Shown piece after piece: positions 17,946 through 18,860 of a stretch of DNA of 18,860 nucleotides. The notes beneath the pieces are model-generated. The model ran no database searches. It was given only the letters and a program-made list of their open reading frames with translations, and had not been told where the DNA came from. Source of the DNA: Candidatus Methylomirabilota bacterium. GTDB taxonomy: Bacteria > Methylomirabilota > Methylomirabilia > Rokubacteriales > CSP1-6. Made by a program: the position numbers and the translations under genes. Position 1 is the stretch's first letter. Every line of letters starts with the position of its first letter. Location of the stretch: the NCBI GenBank assembly GCA_046726415.1, contig JBKPAK010000010.1, forward strand, positions 1 through 18,860. Reading direction: 5' to 3'.

Positions 17946-18563
17946 TCACGCCTCGCGCGGCCGGGCCACGCCGACCAACCGCTGCAGCTCGCCCACCGCC
18001 CGCAGGAAGCTCTCCCCTGGCGTCGTGTCCGGGTCGATGAGCCGGTGGAGACGGAAGCCGTCCTCCAGGGCGAGCAGCATCGCGCCGGCCCAGTCCGGGT
18101 CGAGGTCGGCGCGGCCGGTGGCCCGATTGGTGACGGTGATGATCTCGGTGACAAGAGCGCGGCGGGCTCGCAGGCGCTTGGCCAGCTCGGGGCGGTACCG
18201 CTTGGCGCGGGCTGCGAAGAGGATCAGCTCCATGTGGAGCAGGGGCGCCCGGCCCAGCGGGTCTTGGCGGCTCCGGTCGGAGGCCCGGAGGGCGGCGACG
18301 AAGTCGACGGGGTCGCGGTGGCGGGCCAGCAGCTCTCGGTGATGGCGCACGGACCGCTCCACGTGGTCCTCGAGCATGGCGATGATCAGCTCGTCCTTGC
18401 TGGCGAAGTTCGAGTAGACGGCGCCGCGCGTGAACCCCGCCGCGGCCGCGATGGCCTCGATGCTCGCCGCGCCGATGCCCCGTTCCTCGAAGACCCTGGC
18501 GGCGGCCTCGAAGAGCCGGTCGCGCGTCTCGTCGCGGGTCGGGCGGGTGCGCGCCCTTGACAT
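17946..18563 (-). CDS. TetR/AcrR family transcriptional regulator
   Basis: LFEAAARVFEERGIGAASIEAIAAAAGFTRGAVYSNFASKDELI. Confidence 0.95.
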   Translation of the reverse strand: MSRARTRPTRDETRDRLFEAAARVFEERGIGAASIEAIAAAAGFTRGAVYSNFASKDELIIAMLEDHVERSVRHHRELLARHRDPVDFVAALRASDRSRQDPLGRAPLLHMELILFAARAKRYRPELAKRLRARRALVTEIITVTNRATGRADLDPDWAGAMLLALEDGFRLHRLIDPDTTPGESFLRAVGELQRLVGVARPREA

Positions 18564-18572
18564 CGGCTACAG

Positions 18573-18610
18573 GATACAGCAATGTATCTATACGATACAG
18601 TATTGTATCG
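18573..18610. promoter_or_regulatory. Tandem TetR operator palindromes in the divergent promoter
   Basis: GATACA-GCAA-TGTATC (18573-18588) and GATACA-GTAT-TGTATC (18594-18609), 21 bp apart. Confidence 0.85.
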
Positions 18611-18635
18611 AGTTGCCGACGTCGGGAGGGTGCCA

Positions 18636-18860
18636 ATGACGCAGATGAGCCTGGCCGACCGCTTTTTCGTCGACGCCATGTCCGCGGCGTTCCGGGAGGA
18701 TCCGTACCCCTACTACGAGACGTACCGCGGCCGGGAGCGGCTCCTGCGCGTGGACGACACGATCTGGCTCTCGCTCGGCCACGCCGACGTTACCGCCATG
18801 CTCCGCCACCCGAAGCTCTCGTCAAACGAGTCGCGCGCCACCACCGAAGCCGGTTGCCCG
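18636..18860 (+). CDS. Cytochrome P450, 5' part (runs off window)
   Basis: GGGAGG SD; FREDPYPYYETYR...W....HADVTAMLRHPKLSS typical bacterial P450 N-terminus; diagnostic heme motif lies outside the window. Confidence 0.75.
   Translation, partial: MTQMSLADRFFVDAMSAAFREDPYPYYETYRGRERLLRVDDTIWLSLGHADVTAMLRHPKLSSNESRATTEAGCP

Overview
GC-rich bacterial accessory or 'junkyard' region. Gene content resembles Rokubacteria/Methylomirabilota-type soil genomes (inference only). Intact genes: a TauABC/SsuABC-type ABC operon with an embedded amidohydrolase, three complete toxin-antitoxin pairs (VapBC, Phd/YefM-RelE, AbrB-VapC), two orphan antitoxin-like genes, a DinB-like gene, a QLDLF-bearing hypothetical protein, a stand-alone CoxL/XdhA-type molybdoprotein subunit, and a TetR gene divergent from a cytochrome P450. 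These are mixed with many gene shards (TM0106 nuclease, P450, LivM, LivF, IS1, VapBC45, amidohydrolase). Two non-coding signals stand out. (1) A ~680 bp degenerate direct repeat (381-1067 / 2655-3307) made of an IS3 left end, a nested palindromic GGTGACA/TGTCACC iteron array with a 107 bp identical core, and a decayed DUF3631-like gene end. (2) Degenerate attC-like sites around the TA cluster at 7.8-9.45 kb, suggesting an eroded integron cassette array. Family calls come from motif recognition by eye; no searches were run.
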